A stretch of 64,000 nucleotides of DNA, taken from NCBI GenBank assembly GCA_030704615.1, contig CM060733.1, positions 73,470,001 to 73,534,000 of the forward strand, written 5' to 3'. The notes beneath the pieces are model-generated. The model was not told the DNA's origin and did no database searches. It saw only the letters and a program-made list of their open reading frames with translations. Shown here in pieces: positions 11,281 to 24,289 of this stretch. The stretch's first letter is position 1; every line of letters starts with the position of its first letter. Source of the stretch: Takakia lepidozioides. Its lineage: Eukaryota > Plantae > Bryophyta. The position numbers were made by a program, and so were the translations under genes.

Positions 11281-14200
11281 TATACAGCAAGACTTTAGGC
11301 ACAGAAGTGGCACCGACATAATTCTGAAAGAGCACAAACAACAGCAACATCACCATCCAGCATCACCATTATCAACCACATTCTCCCAACAACAACATAA
11401 CCAACCATAGTGTGTGCAAAGTGGACATACCACCTACCACCACATTGCTCATTAACGAGGCATAAGTTTGCACAATATAAGTGCCTCAAATGCCTGTTGA
11501 CATTCAGCTGTCCATGCAAACACTGCATCCTTCTTCAAAACCTTGCTCAATGGAGTTGCCATCTGTGCATATCGTCTGACAAACCTTCTATAATAAGTAG
11601 TTTGTCCAAGGAACCTCCTTAGACCTTTAACGTTACTTGGTGGTGGCGAGGCTTTAATAGCCTCTGTCTTTCTAGCATCCACAAGCAGTCCCTTCTTACA
11701 CACAATGTGTCCCAGTAGTACCCCTGAGTTCACACAGAAATTACACTTTTCCGGATTCAGACCAAGACCTCTCATCCTGCATCTGGCCAAACATAATTCC
11801 AACTTCTGCAAGTGCTCATTCTTAGAACTATACACACTGAAGTCATCTAAGAACACTTGCATGAAATCATCCAAATACTCATGGAAAGATTCACTTATCA
11901 CTCTCTGGAAAGTTGCTGGTGCATTTCAAAGTCCAAAAGGCATGACTTTGTATGCATAAGCACCCCAGTCTGTGATGAAAGCTGTATTTCCCTGGTCTTC
12001 TTCCGCTACTTGCACCTGATTATACCCACTAAATCCATCCATGAATGAGTACATCTCATGGCCTGCCACAGTGTCTAGTACAGCTTATGTGAATGGCAAA
12101 GGAAAGGGATCATTCTTTGTACAAACATTCAACTTCTTATAGTTCACACAAACTCTCAATTTGCCATTCTTCTTGGAACTATCACAATGGGTGATAGCCA
12201 AGTTGTATACTCTATCAGGTATATGAACTTAGCCTCAGCCAACTTCTTGATCTCTTCCCCAACCTTCTGTGCATAGTTGGGATTCAACATGTACCTTGCC
12301 TGTTTGATTGGTACTGACCCCGGTTCCAGTTCAATCTTATGCTGGCAGATCTCAGCTGGTATCCCTTTCAGATCTTCAGAGCTCCAAGCAAATACATCTT
12401 TGTATTTGATAAACAGGCTCTTAGCTTCCTTAAAGAATTCTGGCTCCAAGTCAGCCCCTACTTTCACCATTCTTGGTTCCTCCTCAGTTCCCACATTCAC
12501 TTCCCTCACCTGCTCTTCAGCTGTGATTGTCCATCCAGCCACTACTTCATCTTGTAAACTCACAGTGGCTGGTTCTTCTAGGATTTCTATTTCTCCCTCT
12601 CTTTCCTCATAGAAATATGGTGGGTAACTACTTGTTTCCCCCTCAATTGGTGTTGCTATTACTGCACCACAACAGATACCTTTAAAGCAACTCAGGCCTC
12701 CGAGTTGCATTTCTGCAACCTGCTCCCACTCTGGGTGTGCAGCAAACAGGGTAGCTTCCTGCTCCTCATCAAGTCCTCCCCTCCAGTCATACTCTCTGAC
12801 TCCACGAGGTCTTCTGGTAGCAGGTAGCCTACTAGATTTCTTAGTGGTGACCTGTATCTTGTGCTTCCCATCATGCACAGTCAGTAACTGGGAATTCCAG
12901 TCATGGAATACCCTGGCATGTTTCAGCCATGGTCGACCCAGCAATAGGAGTAAGCTTCCATAACATCATCCATTTTCAACACAATCACTGTGATCTTAAA
13001 GATCATCTTCTGAATCTGTATCTTTACTCCTCTTATCAAGCCTAATGGCTGTGTACTCCTTCGGTCTGCCATTGTCACTGTGAATGGGGCTGGTTTCATG
13101 TTACCTAGACCAAGCTTCTGCCTTAATTGGTCTGTCATGATATTCACTCCTGAGCCTCTATCTATCAGTACATCAGTCAAGTCTGTGCTTCCAATTCTCA
13201 ATTGGATTACTGGCATAGAATCATCAAAGTCCATGACTGTTTCTCGCCCTTCATGCTTCACATTATAACTTGTCACCTTTAGGTCTGTGTTCTCTGTCAC
13301 ATGAGCAATCTGATTGATTGATTGATACAGCCTGTGCCTACAATGAGGTGCCACAGCCAATAGCTGTCCAATGGTAATCTCAGCTTTGGACTGACATATT
13401 ACTTCAGCCAAAGTCCCTTCATTATCCTGCACCTGTGAAGCCTCTTGCTTCACTTCCTCTTCACCTTCTCCATCTTCTCTTTCAGAGCCAGAAGAATTTG
13501 CCATAGGCATATCAGTATCCTTCTGCATTTCCCTTATGGTATCAGCCACTTCCTTGTGCAGTTCCTTCTCATCTCTCCAAGCCTCATCATCTTCAGGCAC
13601 ATCACTGCCATCTTCATTAACATCTTCTTCCTCATCCACTGGAGGTATTAGCTTAGCTTTGCTTCTGGTAACTATCATTGTACTTACTTCTGGTACAAAA
13701 CATGGCCTAACCATGTGAGCTGCCACTACTGGGCCTTCATTCACATGAGCTCTCATCTCATTCTGGTGCCTGATCCAGAATGGACAGGCTGCTTTGCGAT
13801 GTTTTACCTGGTTACAATAGTAACACAGTTCTTCACTATTGGGTCCTCGCCCTTGGTCTATTCTGGGATTATTTCTATAATCCTGATTCCCTGGCTGGTA
13901 ATTCCCCCTTGGATTACCCTGTTAGTTGCATCTGGGATTGCCTTGGTAATTCCTTCTTGGATTACCTCTCCTTGCCATACCATTGTTATATCCACCAGGC
14001 CTACCATAGTGGTCCTGATCATTGTTTCTTCTTGGCTTGGGCTACACTTGATGCACCCGTACTTGCCTAGGTTCTCTTGCAGCTGTCCTTTTGTTGTAAT
14101 AACAATTCTCAATAGAATGGTTATCCATTTTACAGATAGTACAATGTTTCTCCTTCATGTGGCATTCAGCTGTGATATGGCCTTCATTCTGGCATTTTGC

Positions 14201-15729
14201 ACACCAAACACCCTTCCTCCAATGTGTTGCAGCCTCTGTGGCATACTTTTTCAAGATTTCTTCCAGTCTTTTCTCATAGTTGTCCCTCTTCATTTTTTCC
14301 TTCTTCTTGCTCTTCCTCTTGAGCTCTTGCTCTTCTTCTTCATCTGACTCATCTGCAGAGTCCTCATCATCCCTTTTATCTCTCCTGAGCATTCCCAATT
14401 GCTCTATTCTGTTGGCTGTTTCGATTGCCTCTTCCACTGTATTATGGGGTAGCATATCCACTTTCTTTTGTAATTCAGGTCTTAGTCCACTCACAAACTA
14501 GGTCTTCTGTAAACCTGGTGCTGGTACAACAACCAACTTTTTCATCATTAACTCCATCTTTTCCATGTACTCTTCAACAGTTTCATGCTTCTTTTGCCTT
14601 AACTGTTGTAAACTCCCATACACTTCATCCTCAGTTTTGCTTGTCCTGAACCGGAATGCTGTACTAAGGCCATTCCAAGTTAGGAAATGATTATTAGGAA
14701 ACCTTGCATACCATTCACTTGCTTTCTTGATAAGTGAACAAGGAAACAGTCTCATCTTGGCATCATCGCCATTCTCATTGTTCACAATACACATGTGCTC
14801 AAATTGGCTGATGTGTACATCAGGATCCCATTTTCCTGCATATATTGGAAAAGGTGGTTTTGCCCATGTTGGAGGTACCGCCATTTGTGGCCCTACACCC
14901 TGCCCACTGACAGGTGCTGGTCCTCCTATTGGTGCTGGTCCTTGAGGACCTGCTGTTGTAGTGGTGGAACTCCCACCAGGTGTTGGCCCTTGAGCACTCC
15001 CTGCTACTGGCCCCTGTGTACTTACAGTATCCCCAACTCCAGTTGCACTACTTCCCACACTCCATGTCCCCCCAGAGCCAGATCCAAGCTGCCCACCTGA
15101 TCCCCCTGAGCCGACACCTTTGTTGGCCTGTGATCCAAGACTCCACTTGATCCAGGTCCAACAGGTTGGGATGTCCTGGTTGTAGTCTCAACCTCAACTG
15201 TTGGGTCTACCTCTTCAGACTCTTCATCTTCCAAATTCTTCTCTCTGTTTTCATCTTCCAAGTTCATCTCTTGGATTTCTTCTTCCTCACTCATATAACT
15301 CAACTGTAGTGGGTTGGAGAGTCTGAACTTTGTGTTGGCTCTGCCATATCTTCCTCTTCTTCTTTGTCTTGTGATTCAGAAACTGGAGTTCCTGCTTTTG
15401 GTGTTCCATTGCCAACTCTGATCAAAGATTTCTGTCAAATCTTTAATCCAGGGATGCACCTCGGATCTTTCCCCTCGTGGCTGATATTCTTCTTGTATCA
15501 AATCCCTTAATCTTTCTTGTAAAGAATAAGAAGGAGTGGCATCCAACTCTTGGTATGGGTGATGTACTCTCTAGTCTTAATGGTGTGAGAGGTCCAGGTG
15601 ATTCCCCTATGTCTATTCCTCTCTCCCAAAGATATAGATAATTAGCTTTCAAATAATTTTCTCTTTTTGCTGAATATCTGTGGAGTCTAGCTTCTCTTTC
15701 ATCACTCATGTCCCATGTCTTTCATATCT

Positions 15730-16425
15730 TTAATGAGGCAATAACCAAAACTCTCTTCTGTAGTATCTCTCGTATATGCCTGGATTTCTTTCAAGCTTTA
15801 ATGCACCCTTGGCTATACTAGAAGACTCCGTTACCATATAACCATATAGCAAGCACGTCTGGAAAGCTGTTCTTGGTGTAAGTTTGATCCACAGGATATC
15901 CTTAGGAATCCAATTCTTTACCAGTACAAGTTCTTCATGCATGTGAGTGTAAACATTCACTTTCCGTTCCTCCCAGCTTTCAAACTCCACTCGTTTAATG
16001 GATAGCAATGCTATCACATAAACCAGTGTTGATAACCAACTTGCTCTCCCTCTACAGGCCACTTGATAAATCTTTATCACTCCTTTCTCTTGACCCCACT
16101 CAGGATCAGCATCATGCACTCTCTTAAGAATGTTTTCCTTGCAACCGTCTGGCAATTCCAAGAACCTCTGAAAGAATTGTTTGGACAAATTTTCTTTCTC
16201 AATTCCACAGGGAATTTGATTCACATCAAATTCTTTGATTCTCCAACCACCATGATCCCACCAGATGCCTGTCACATCTGGTTGTTCTTGACTCAGTTCC
16301 CCAGTATGGTCGCCAAATGTCGAGCGGCTTTTACTCACCCATCCCTTCGCTATCCGAGGTGGAAACTCCAAGATAGAAGAGTTGGATATCTCTAAGCACT
16401 CAGCCCGCTCAGAACAATCAGTCAT
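15730..16425 (-). CDS. Extra 231-aa ORF upstream of gag (Ogre-like accessory ORF), function unknown
   Basis: Stop-free, normal-complexity ORF between the LTR and gag, followed by a second short ORF at 15443-15709. Confidence 0.5.
   Translation of the reverse strand: MTDCSERAECLEISNSSILEFPPRIAKGWVSKSRSTFGDHTGELSQEQPDVTGIWWDHGGWRIKEFDVNQIPCGIEKENLSKQFFQRFLELPDGCKENILKRVHDADPEWGQEKGVIKIYQVACRGRASWLSTLVYVIALLSIKRVEFESWEERKVNVYTHMHEELVLVKNWIPKDILWIKLTPRTAFQTCLLYGYMVTESSSIAKGALKLERNPGIYERYYRREFWLLPH
16298..16315 (-). promoter_or_regulatory. Primer-binding site, tRNA-Arg type
   Basis: TGGCGACCATACTGGGGA directly after the LTR end, resembling Ogre/Tat Arg PBS sequences (TGGCGAC...CTGGGGA). Confidence 0.75.
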
Positions 16426-17703
16426 GACCTACAGCTAGTGTATCATGGGGGTACTTCCTATTTGTATTCCTTCTCACATTCATATTAGCAAGTTACCTTA
16501 TTGTCTATGTTTAAGTATCAGATTGCTTCAGCAATCTACCAGGTTCATTTCACTCATCCACTCATTCCACAGCTTCACTCGGGTCTCTCTACACAGTGTG
16601 AGTATGAAATATGTATCAGATTAATATCTATCAAGTATCAGGCCAAAGCCATGGTGTCTCTAGTCTGCTCTACAGTACAACTCTACAGCTTGCATGAATC
16701 AAGCATCAACAGTTCGTGTCTCCTCCTCCACTGCGCTCTCCATCCCTCAGCTCCAGATCGTCCTTCTTTCCCCGATGACCAAGTCGTGATCCCAGAAGTG
16801 TCCCCCCTCCCTGTTGCTACTCTGCCTATTCTACCTGCAAGCTGTTCTAACCGCCTAACTAACTAACTGTCATCCAGACAGAATGCACGTTCCCTTTGCA
16901 GATGTCGTTCCCACACAGTCGTTCCCTGCCGCTAATAACCGTTCCCTGTTAATGCTGTGATGGGCTGTGCCAAACTGTGTCGGACTGTGACTATGCCAGG
17001 CTGTGACTGGCTGTGTCGGACTGTGTCGGGTTGTGTCGGGCTGTATCAGGATTTTCCAGCATTTCTGATGTGCGAAATTGTTTAAATTGGATAGATGCAC
17101 GTGGTGCAATTTATAGCCTGAGGGGCGTTTATTAAACTGATTGAACTTATTGATTTAAGGGGCTTAGAGTCACCTTATTGAACTTGGTGATCCTATTTGG
17201 ATTATGATTGGTATTTTGGCCCCTCCTTGCTAAAACAAAGTATTTAGGCACTAGGTTAGGGAGCATTGGCCCTTCCATCAGAGGTGGTTTGAACTCAGGC
17301 ATTCGGTGAAGGAGGGGCATTGGGAGAGGAAGATTTTTCCTCTTCTTCCTAGGCTCGGCATGTGCCTTGTGAAGGGATTAAAACATATCCCGGCTATAGG
17401 CGGCTCGGGGGCCTAGGCGGTAGGAATTAGACAATAAAACAAAAGATTTGGAAGGCAGTTACTGAGTAGATTGTAGAATACCGTAGGACTTAGAAACACA
17501 AACTCGCCCTGTGAAGAGGAGTACGTAACTTCTCTTTGCCGGTAGGACTTAGATAGTGATCATAGCCATCATGTACGACCACGGACCCCCTGCACTAACC
17601 GCAGTCGGGTAGGCGGTTCAGTGAGCCCAACCTACACCGCAACTTACCACGACCCCCCTAGCTAATATGCCGTCACCCTGACCGCGCGCGCTCAGGGCTC
17701 ACA
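16318..17703 (-). repeat. 5' LTR (~1.39 kb) of the Tat/Ogre-like element
   Basis: On the minus strand it starts TGTGAG at the junction with a PHD-Gypsy fragment and ends CGACA, 2 nt before the PBS. It contains 10-bp ctgtgtcgg(a/g) tandem repeats at ~16960-17045. Confidence 0.75.
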
Positions 17704-18230
17704 CATCTGCTCCGAGTGTGGGAGGATGGTCGAGTGAGGATTGTGCCCCATCCAACACAGCGGGCACGGTTAGTGCGGCATGCCCATGAGGAGTTGGGGC
17801 ACATTGGGGTGCGACGCACTCACAGTTTACTGCAGGGGCAGTATTGGTGGTGTGGTATGCATATAGAGGTGCAACAATTCGTAGCTAGGTGCATGTTGTG
17901 TGACAGGGTGCGCGCTTCATTCAATGCCCCTAGAGAGAGAGAGAGAGAAGACTCCGGCCGAAGCCGGCGTAACTAAGAGTCACTTCGCCTTGTGGCTACT
18001 GCCCCCTTTCGGGGGTGGGCCCTACACCACAGCTGCATTATTTATGCATCATGGGATTAGGCTACCGATGGAGTCTTGACTTTGCACGACCGTTGCCATT
18101 GACGATGCACCATCACAAATACGTGTTGGTGATGACATTGGAGCATTTCTCCAAGTGGATCGAGTTGGTTCCATCGCCTGACAAGGTTAGTGAGGGGGCT
18201 GCGTGTGCATTCTTGGATTGTGTGCTTAGC
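17704..18230 (+). mobile_element. Integrase fragment of the PHD-Gypsy family
   Basis: Closely colinear with 31091-31523 (WEDGRVRIVPHPTQRARLVRHAHEEL...FLDCVLS). Interrupted by an 87-bp insertion and bounded on the left by the Tat-like LTR. Confidence 0.9.
17933..18019 (-). mobile_element. Short structured retroposon, family A copy 2
   Basis: 87-bp insertion relative to the uninterrupted paralogous site gcccctactccac at ~31314; flanked by cccta (17928-17932 and 18020-18024); longer (CT)n tail. Confidence 0.85.
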
Positions 18231-18231
18231 T

Positions 18232-19170
18232 GACAATTGATAGAACAAGGCACTGCTAATGAAGGTACCTTCTTCAACACATCTCCCCCTGTTTTTCCCA
18301 TCTATCAGAGTCGTCCCTACATTTTCATGTTGAATTTTGCAAGTTAGCTCGAGCTGGTGGATCTATGGTGGGAGAGGTAGCTTGGTCTTAGCAGGCCATG
18401 TTTCAATCTCTGCTTGTTTTGCCGTAGCAGCATCGGCACAATTGATAAAATCAGGCACTGCTAATGAAGGCACCTTCTTCAACACATTTCACCCTTTTCC
18501 CTCTTATCAGAATCGGCCCTAAATTTTCATGTTGAATTCTGCAAGTTAGCTAGTTGAGTGAACCTTCAATAGTTTGGAGTGAAAGTATCCAGAAACAGGT
18601 ACCAGAGACAAGGAGAAGCTGTGGAATGAATACTTTTCTGACCCCAGTCAATGGTGGGACAATCGAGGCAAAAAGGTGAATGCCTGTTGGATTACAGAAA
18701 GTAGCAGACGCAATTCAGCATAGGAACTAGTGTGATAAGCTGAGTTGGGTGTTTCCTAGAACAAATCTAGGTTGTCATTGTCATATGCTAGCAGCAAGGC
18801 AAGGATGAATGCATGATTTGTGCAGAGGCATGGATAGCTGACAGGGATAGAGTGTGGGTCCAGAGAGTAGCAGATGCAATTGAGCATAGGAACTAGTGTG
18901 ATAAGTTGAGTTGGGTGTTTCCTAGAACAAATCTAGGCTGTCATTGTCAGCTGCTAGCAACAAGCCAAGGATGTATGCATGATTTGTGCAGAGGCATGGA
19001 TAGCTGAAGGAGCAGGGTAGAGTGTGGGCACAGATTCATCCAAGAGGGCCAGATTTCCAAGCACAAGATTACCTATGATTCCTTGTGGATCAATAGCTAC
19101 AAGAAACCTGCATGGGTAGATGGTCAACTAAAGGCAGCAGATGCAGCGGCACAGTTGATAAAATCAGGCA
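18232..19170 (+). pseudogene. OSB-like PDF-motif gene fragment split by an intron
   Basis: RDKEKLWNEYFSDPSQWWDNRGKK|gt intron 18676-19033 ag|IHPRGPDF(fs)KHKITYDSLWINSYKKPAWV matches the PDF motif of plant organellar ssDNA-binding proteins (W..FF.NP..WWDNR..K.NP..PDFKHK.T..ALW...P.WV). Confidence 0.8.
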
Positions 19171-19189
19171 CCTCAACCATGACCACAGC

Positions 19190-20190
19190 TTCTGGAAGAG
19201 GATCGAAGAGGGAGTTCACAATGCCTCTTTTGGCACTTCTGTGTTGGGCTGCAGCCTGGGTAGCATTCCACCGTGGACAACACCCACAGGACCGCCAGAA
19301 TGGAGAAATTCCATACCCAATAGATCTGCGCTTACTACCTCCATTCCATGCATGGATTGAAGGTGATGTTCAACGCAAGGTGAGTTCAGGTGAGTCCTAT
19401 GATTTGGACATATGCCATTTATGTGTACCACCCTCCGTACAGGCCATGGGCTTGAAGTCTATGTATGCTAAAGACAATCACTTTCGAGCATTATCAAATG
19501 GGACTGGCGCCACAGACACGGCCCACATTTGATTCTGGAGTTGCTCACGGTATTCCAACAGGAAAGCGAAAACAGTGCAGGTATGTCCAGACGAGTGTTA
19601 TCCCAATTGGTAATATGTGGGTGTTGTAAGAGAAAGAATTCAACTGGATTACGGAGTTCTTTGCCTAATTCTGTTCTTGTGTAGATGGGTGAGGTCAAAC
19701 ATGGCGGGCCGGAATGCCACAATGAAACGAGATGATTATGGCTTTCTCTTGGTTGACTTTAGTCGCATGTTACCTTGGATGGAGCAGCCTTGGACATTCC
19801 CAAGTCAGATGGAGCAAGTTTTTTTCTCGGATGGAAGAAGTTCACGAGGGAACTGGAAGGTGGTCCTTCACAAGGACCCTCAATCCCGATGAGTGGTTCA
19901 CGATATTAGAGAACTGGCATTGGGTGATACAGACAGTTATGTTGGCATGGTGGCTCCTGAAATTCCACTGAACATCATTACTGAGCCTCCAGTTTATGTT
20001 CCTTTGAGTGAGGCAGAGGAATTGACTATTGCCAGTTCGAATGCACCTGCAAGGCAGAGGCAAAATGGTACAATTAGTTCCCTTAGAGAGAGGTTCAGAT
20101 CGAGAGAGCAAATGACGAGGCATCGTTTGCTTGAGGGTGCAGGTCTTTGTCAGCATGTGAACGTGGAGACAGGTCCAACAGAAGAGCATT
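19190..20190 (+). pseudogene. CACTA TnpD C-terminal fragment (DUF4216-like)
   Basis: FHAWI...SMYA..NHFR...TFDSGV...YVGVV..RIQLDYG..CLILFLCRW...RDDYGFLLVDF...PWTFPSQMEQVFF...WKVVL. Confidence 0.85.
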
Positions 20191-20799
20191 TGGGGAGTGA
20201 GAGAAGTTTTTTTTTTTTTTTTTTTTTTTCGTTTGTTCGTTTTTTCGTTCCCTCGCAGAGCTCCACATGGGGAGGTACGAGGCCACCTTTGCTATGGTCG
20301 AGAGTGGGTTTCTGGCATTGTTTGTTTTTTTCCAGGGTTTAAACTTGCCACAACATGGTACCTTGCATGGGTGGGAGTGACTGAACTGTTGGGTGGGCAA
20401 AATTCTAACAAACACACTTTCATTTATGACAGTGAACCCTATACAGTTATGAGAGTGACTTGGGTAGGAGACAGTGTTTGCATTCGGCCATCATTTACGT
20501 GAGTAAGGTTACATGTATGGCTTATGTTAGGTGCAATAAATTCTGAGTACGTACCATGATTTAGGATATGCAAATCACCTGTGTTTCTCGCTCTGCTTCC
20601 TTGGCCCTGGTCTTAGTCTTTAGTGCTCTCTCCTTGCTTAGTTTTTAGTACTTCTCTTGCAGCTTTTTGCCTCTGGTCTTGAAGCACTACCTTCCTCTAT
20701 GGCACCGGGTTTGAGGTTATTTTTTCCTTATGTACTTCTTGTCCCCTTTATATAATAAAATTTCCAGGGCCTCTGTCCTATTCATTATATATGTATATA

Positions 20800-21323
20800 T
20801 ATATATATGACTTCCACCATAGTCATAATGATGACTGTATCTATTTTCACTCTCAATAGTAATGCACCACGTGGCAGAAATACAAATGTGTAGAAATACA
20901 TAATAAAACACCCATCATGACACATGTCAATCTCGTGAAGGACCACGTGTAAAAACTGCAACGCGCCGCGTGCTGCAACCGGATTAGCACGCCTGTAGTC
21001 ATAGTTCACAGTCATGGAGAGCGAACACTCTGCCAGGTGTCATTTTTTGTATCGAGCACGTGTCACTCTTGCACAGCCGCTAACATGGACTACACTGTCC
21101 GTTCAGTCATTCAGTAAAGCCAGCGTGTACGACTATGAGCGCGTTGCTCAGGCGTCACGTCACACAAAGCCCGACGACTGTCACTTACGACTTCGTGGCA
21201 GCCACGACTACCATGTCACAACTAACTAGGCTTTTACGTCAGCAGAGTCAGGGAGTTGTAAAGGTTCATATTTGCATTTGCAGTCATAACACAGAGTCCT
21301 AAAAGCCAACTTTTCTTATAGTG
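20800..21323 (-). mobile_element. CACTA terminus, inverted and related to 10440
   Basis: Ends ...ttcttaTAGTG at 21323; the reverse complement aligns with 10440-10690 over ~250 bp. Confidence 0.75.
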
Positions 21324-21329
21324 CATGAG

Positions 21330-22680
21330 GATAACTCCCCCCAGGGCCCATTATTAACTTTGGGCCCTGGATTGACACCTTGGCAAACTCAAGTGTCAAT
21401 ACATAACAACTAGTTATTTCCTAGGTAGTTTCACACTAGCTACCTATAACTAGATATTTTTATACTAACTAGTAAATTAACTAGTTTCACATTAACTAGT
21501 GAACTAGTTAATTTAACTAATATTAAAATCCACTTGACAGCTGTCGTGCGCATACATATCGCTACACAACTATATCGCTGTCCAATTCACACATTACATA
21601 TGCACACCATACACTAGTTTGCCACAATTAGCCCCATAGTTGGTGGTTAGGTCCTTCTAACTCTAGATAGCTTCAAGATGTAATAGCCACAGCCTCATTA
21701 AGTCCTCTACCACTGTCCTTATTGTACTCAAATTCTATAGACCAAGAGGTCGGGTACAAGAGTAGCCCCATCGTTAGTCGCCGTCTTGCAGTCTGTGTAC
21801 TTGAGCCAGGATCTTGTGTATTGGTCTCCTAGTAGCTTGGCCTTGCGTTTCTTGTTAGCCTTCCATAGTTGTATCCACTCCCACTATCCAATGCAACGCA
21901 GATATAACCAATCCCCATCAGGAACCATCTCAAGAGGTGGTGTCAAGTATCCCATGTGTCAACTTCTTGAACATCGATCATATACCAGCATGGTGGCTGC
22001 CCTTCTGGCAGACCCACACAACATGCACCTCAAACTTGCAGGTATAATCACTGTCAAGTTTAGGTCAATCCTGCCATCAACATTCAGAATGTGACATGGT
22101 GCGCACTTACACACATGGTCCTTCCAAGTCATGTCATCCCGACCTTCCAAGATCAGGACTCCTGAGGGCAACACCTCCCGAACCCTTAAAATTATACGTC
22201 ATGCAGTCACATCCAAGATCATAGGAGCAGTCTGCTGCAGATAAACATAGTCACCAAGATTAAACCTCTGAGCCCCGGGACGATAGCCCCCACCACGTAT
22301 AGTGGGCCGTGGCATACCTCAATGTATCGCGGTGTTGTGCAATGGAAAGGTTATCGAAAGCCATGGGGATGACATTCTTGAACAACTCCGCATGCTGATC
22401 ACATGCACGTGCATGTCCGGATCGTCAAGATTGAGGACTGGAGCAGCATCTCTACAAATGGCTGCATGCAAATCCGGCTCTCGGCCAAAGAGAAGGGAAT
22501 ATGTGAGAATGAGGCAAGTGATGCGTGCTTGCTGAACCTATAGCCCATGGCTAACCAAGGTAGCTGAAGGTCTCAATCTCCAAGGTGTCTCTTCTGCAAG
22601 CCATACATGTGCAAACCCCTCTTAACCGTCTGCACAACCCTCTTTGCCAAGCCATCGGCATCAGGATGATCCCGAGAAGT
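21330..22680 (-). mobile_element. Inverted 3' part of a PHD-Gypsy copy (integrase end, PHD, partial LTR)
   Basis: The reverse complement aligns to ~31627-32850; LPSGVLILEGRD...CMLCGS...DRCSRS. Confidence 0.9.
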
Positions 22681-24289
22681 CAGTTGACCTTCTACCCACT
22701 TGTAGCTACTGATCCAGAGGGAATCAGAAGCAATCTTGTGTTTGAAATCTGGCCCTCTTGGATGAATATGGACCTCTATCCCTGGTCCTTCAGCTATCCC
22801 TGCCTGTGTACATTCATGAATACATCCTCAGCCTTGCTACTAGCAGCTGACACTAACGGCGTGAAGTTCTTCCAGCAAATAACCCAACCCTACTTGTCAA
22901 AGTCACCCAAACCACCCCAAATCCACCCAACGACCTAACTTACAGAATTCAATATGCATCTCAGGGCAGAGTCTGATGAGAGGGCAAAACAGGCTGAAAT
23001 AGGTCGAAGAAGAAGGTGCCCTCATGACCACATTGTCCTTGACCTTGTGTCATGACCCATGGACAGAGCTGGAGTGTGCCAAGCCTATCAAGCAAGTAAA
23101 CAGCGAGAGATATCTTACATGCGAAGACCGACCCACAGCCACCAAGCTGCATATAAGAGCACGACAGCTATGCAGGTTTTCCAGTACACAGAGGGTAAAT
23201 TGACAAAGGTGCTGGTGCTGCAAACCTTTAGAGAATGAAAGAATGTATAGTCTCCGATGTCCAATTGAAGCTCAACCTGAGGTAACTGGGAAGGAGGTTG
23301 GTGACCAGCAAATCTACGCTGATTCTTCCATGGCATGTAGAAGTGATAAAAACCCAACTGGTGAAGACAATTGTATCATGTCTATTGTCCTTTACCTCTA
23401 TCCGTCCTGGTGGAAGCCAACGGCATATGCAATAAAGACTTTGCTTGTGACTGTAAAGTACACAAAATTCATACTGAAGGGTCAGTTCAGCTCTCCAGCA
23501 CTATTCAGGCAGCAAATACAATACGGAGGGACTGCCAGAAAATCTGGAGTTTTCAGTTTAGGGTCCAGTCCTATCCTCCAACTGACTGTGAATTAGGACA
23601 ACTCAGACCAGAAAAACAGGCTTCATATGAACTTGCACCTGATGAAGATTATATGTGAGCCTGGGACTGAAACTAATTCTTCAAATGAGATGCGTTTGGC
23701 CGGACATATGAGGAACAAAAGCTTTCCCTGGCTCAAAGCTGTGCCGAGTTGTTGGGGACTGGTGATTACAATGGATGCAAAATACCCTTGGAGTACTAAC
23801 CCTGCTGATCCCATCCTGGGGTTTCAGACCAACAAGCAGTTATTGAGATGTCCTCATTGACCACTCCTTGTCAGCATTCCTTACTCATAGCTAGCATACT
23901 AAACCTCCCAGAGTCACCTGTGGTGTTTTTACCCACCACAGGCTCTCCATAGAATTGAATTTCTGCTTTGGAGTTCGTAGTTTTCACCAGTGTTTCTCTC
24001 TGGGGATTCCCTCCGAATGAAGGAGTGGTTAAGGCAGAGATTGTTTGCTGCGGACAGTGGCTTCAACACCTCCACAGCATCTATCTCATATAGATCGTTG
24101 GTCTCAGGTGCGCCCAGCTCATTGCTTTTTTGGCTTGGAGCGCATACACTTGAAACTGGCATACCAAACCAACTTGAAACCGAATCATACACACCTCTCA
24201 GAATTTCGACTACAAACCCATCCCCAAAATTCTACTACTCTCTGTAATCCAACAGACATTCCCCTTTTTGCCTCGATTGTCCCACCTTT

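Larger units (their letters stand above)
11480..17703 (-). mobile_element. Non-chromovirus Ty3/Gypsy LTR retrotransposon (Tat/Ogre/Athila-like), 3'-truncated and decayed
   Basis: Gag (14498-15058), two CCHC knuckles (CAKCQNEGHITAEC, CTICKMDNHSIENC), protease LIDRGSGVN, and RT WLSPIVIVP...DGFSGYNQ...FLDDF. Stops and frameshifts are present; the element ends just after RT (WTAECQQAFEAL). Confidence 0.92.

Noticed and set aside
17933-18019. Family A as a TA-targeting MITE
   Set aside because: There are no terminal inverted repeats; the variable (CT)n tail and the fold shared with TSD-bearing family B favour retroposition.
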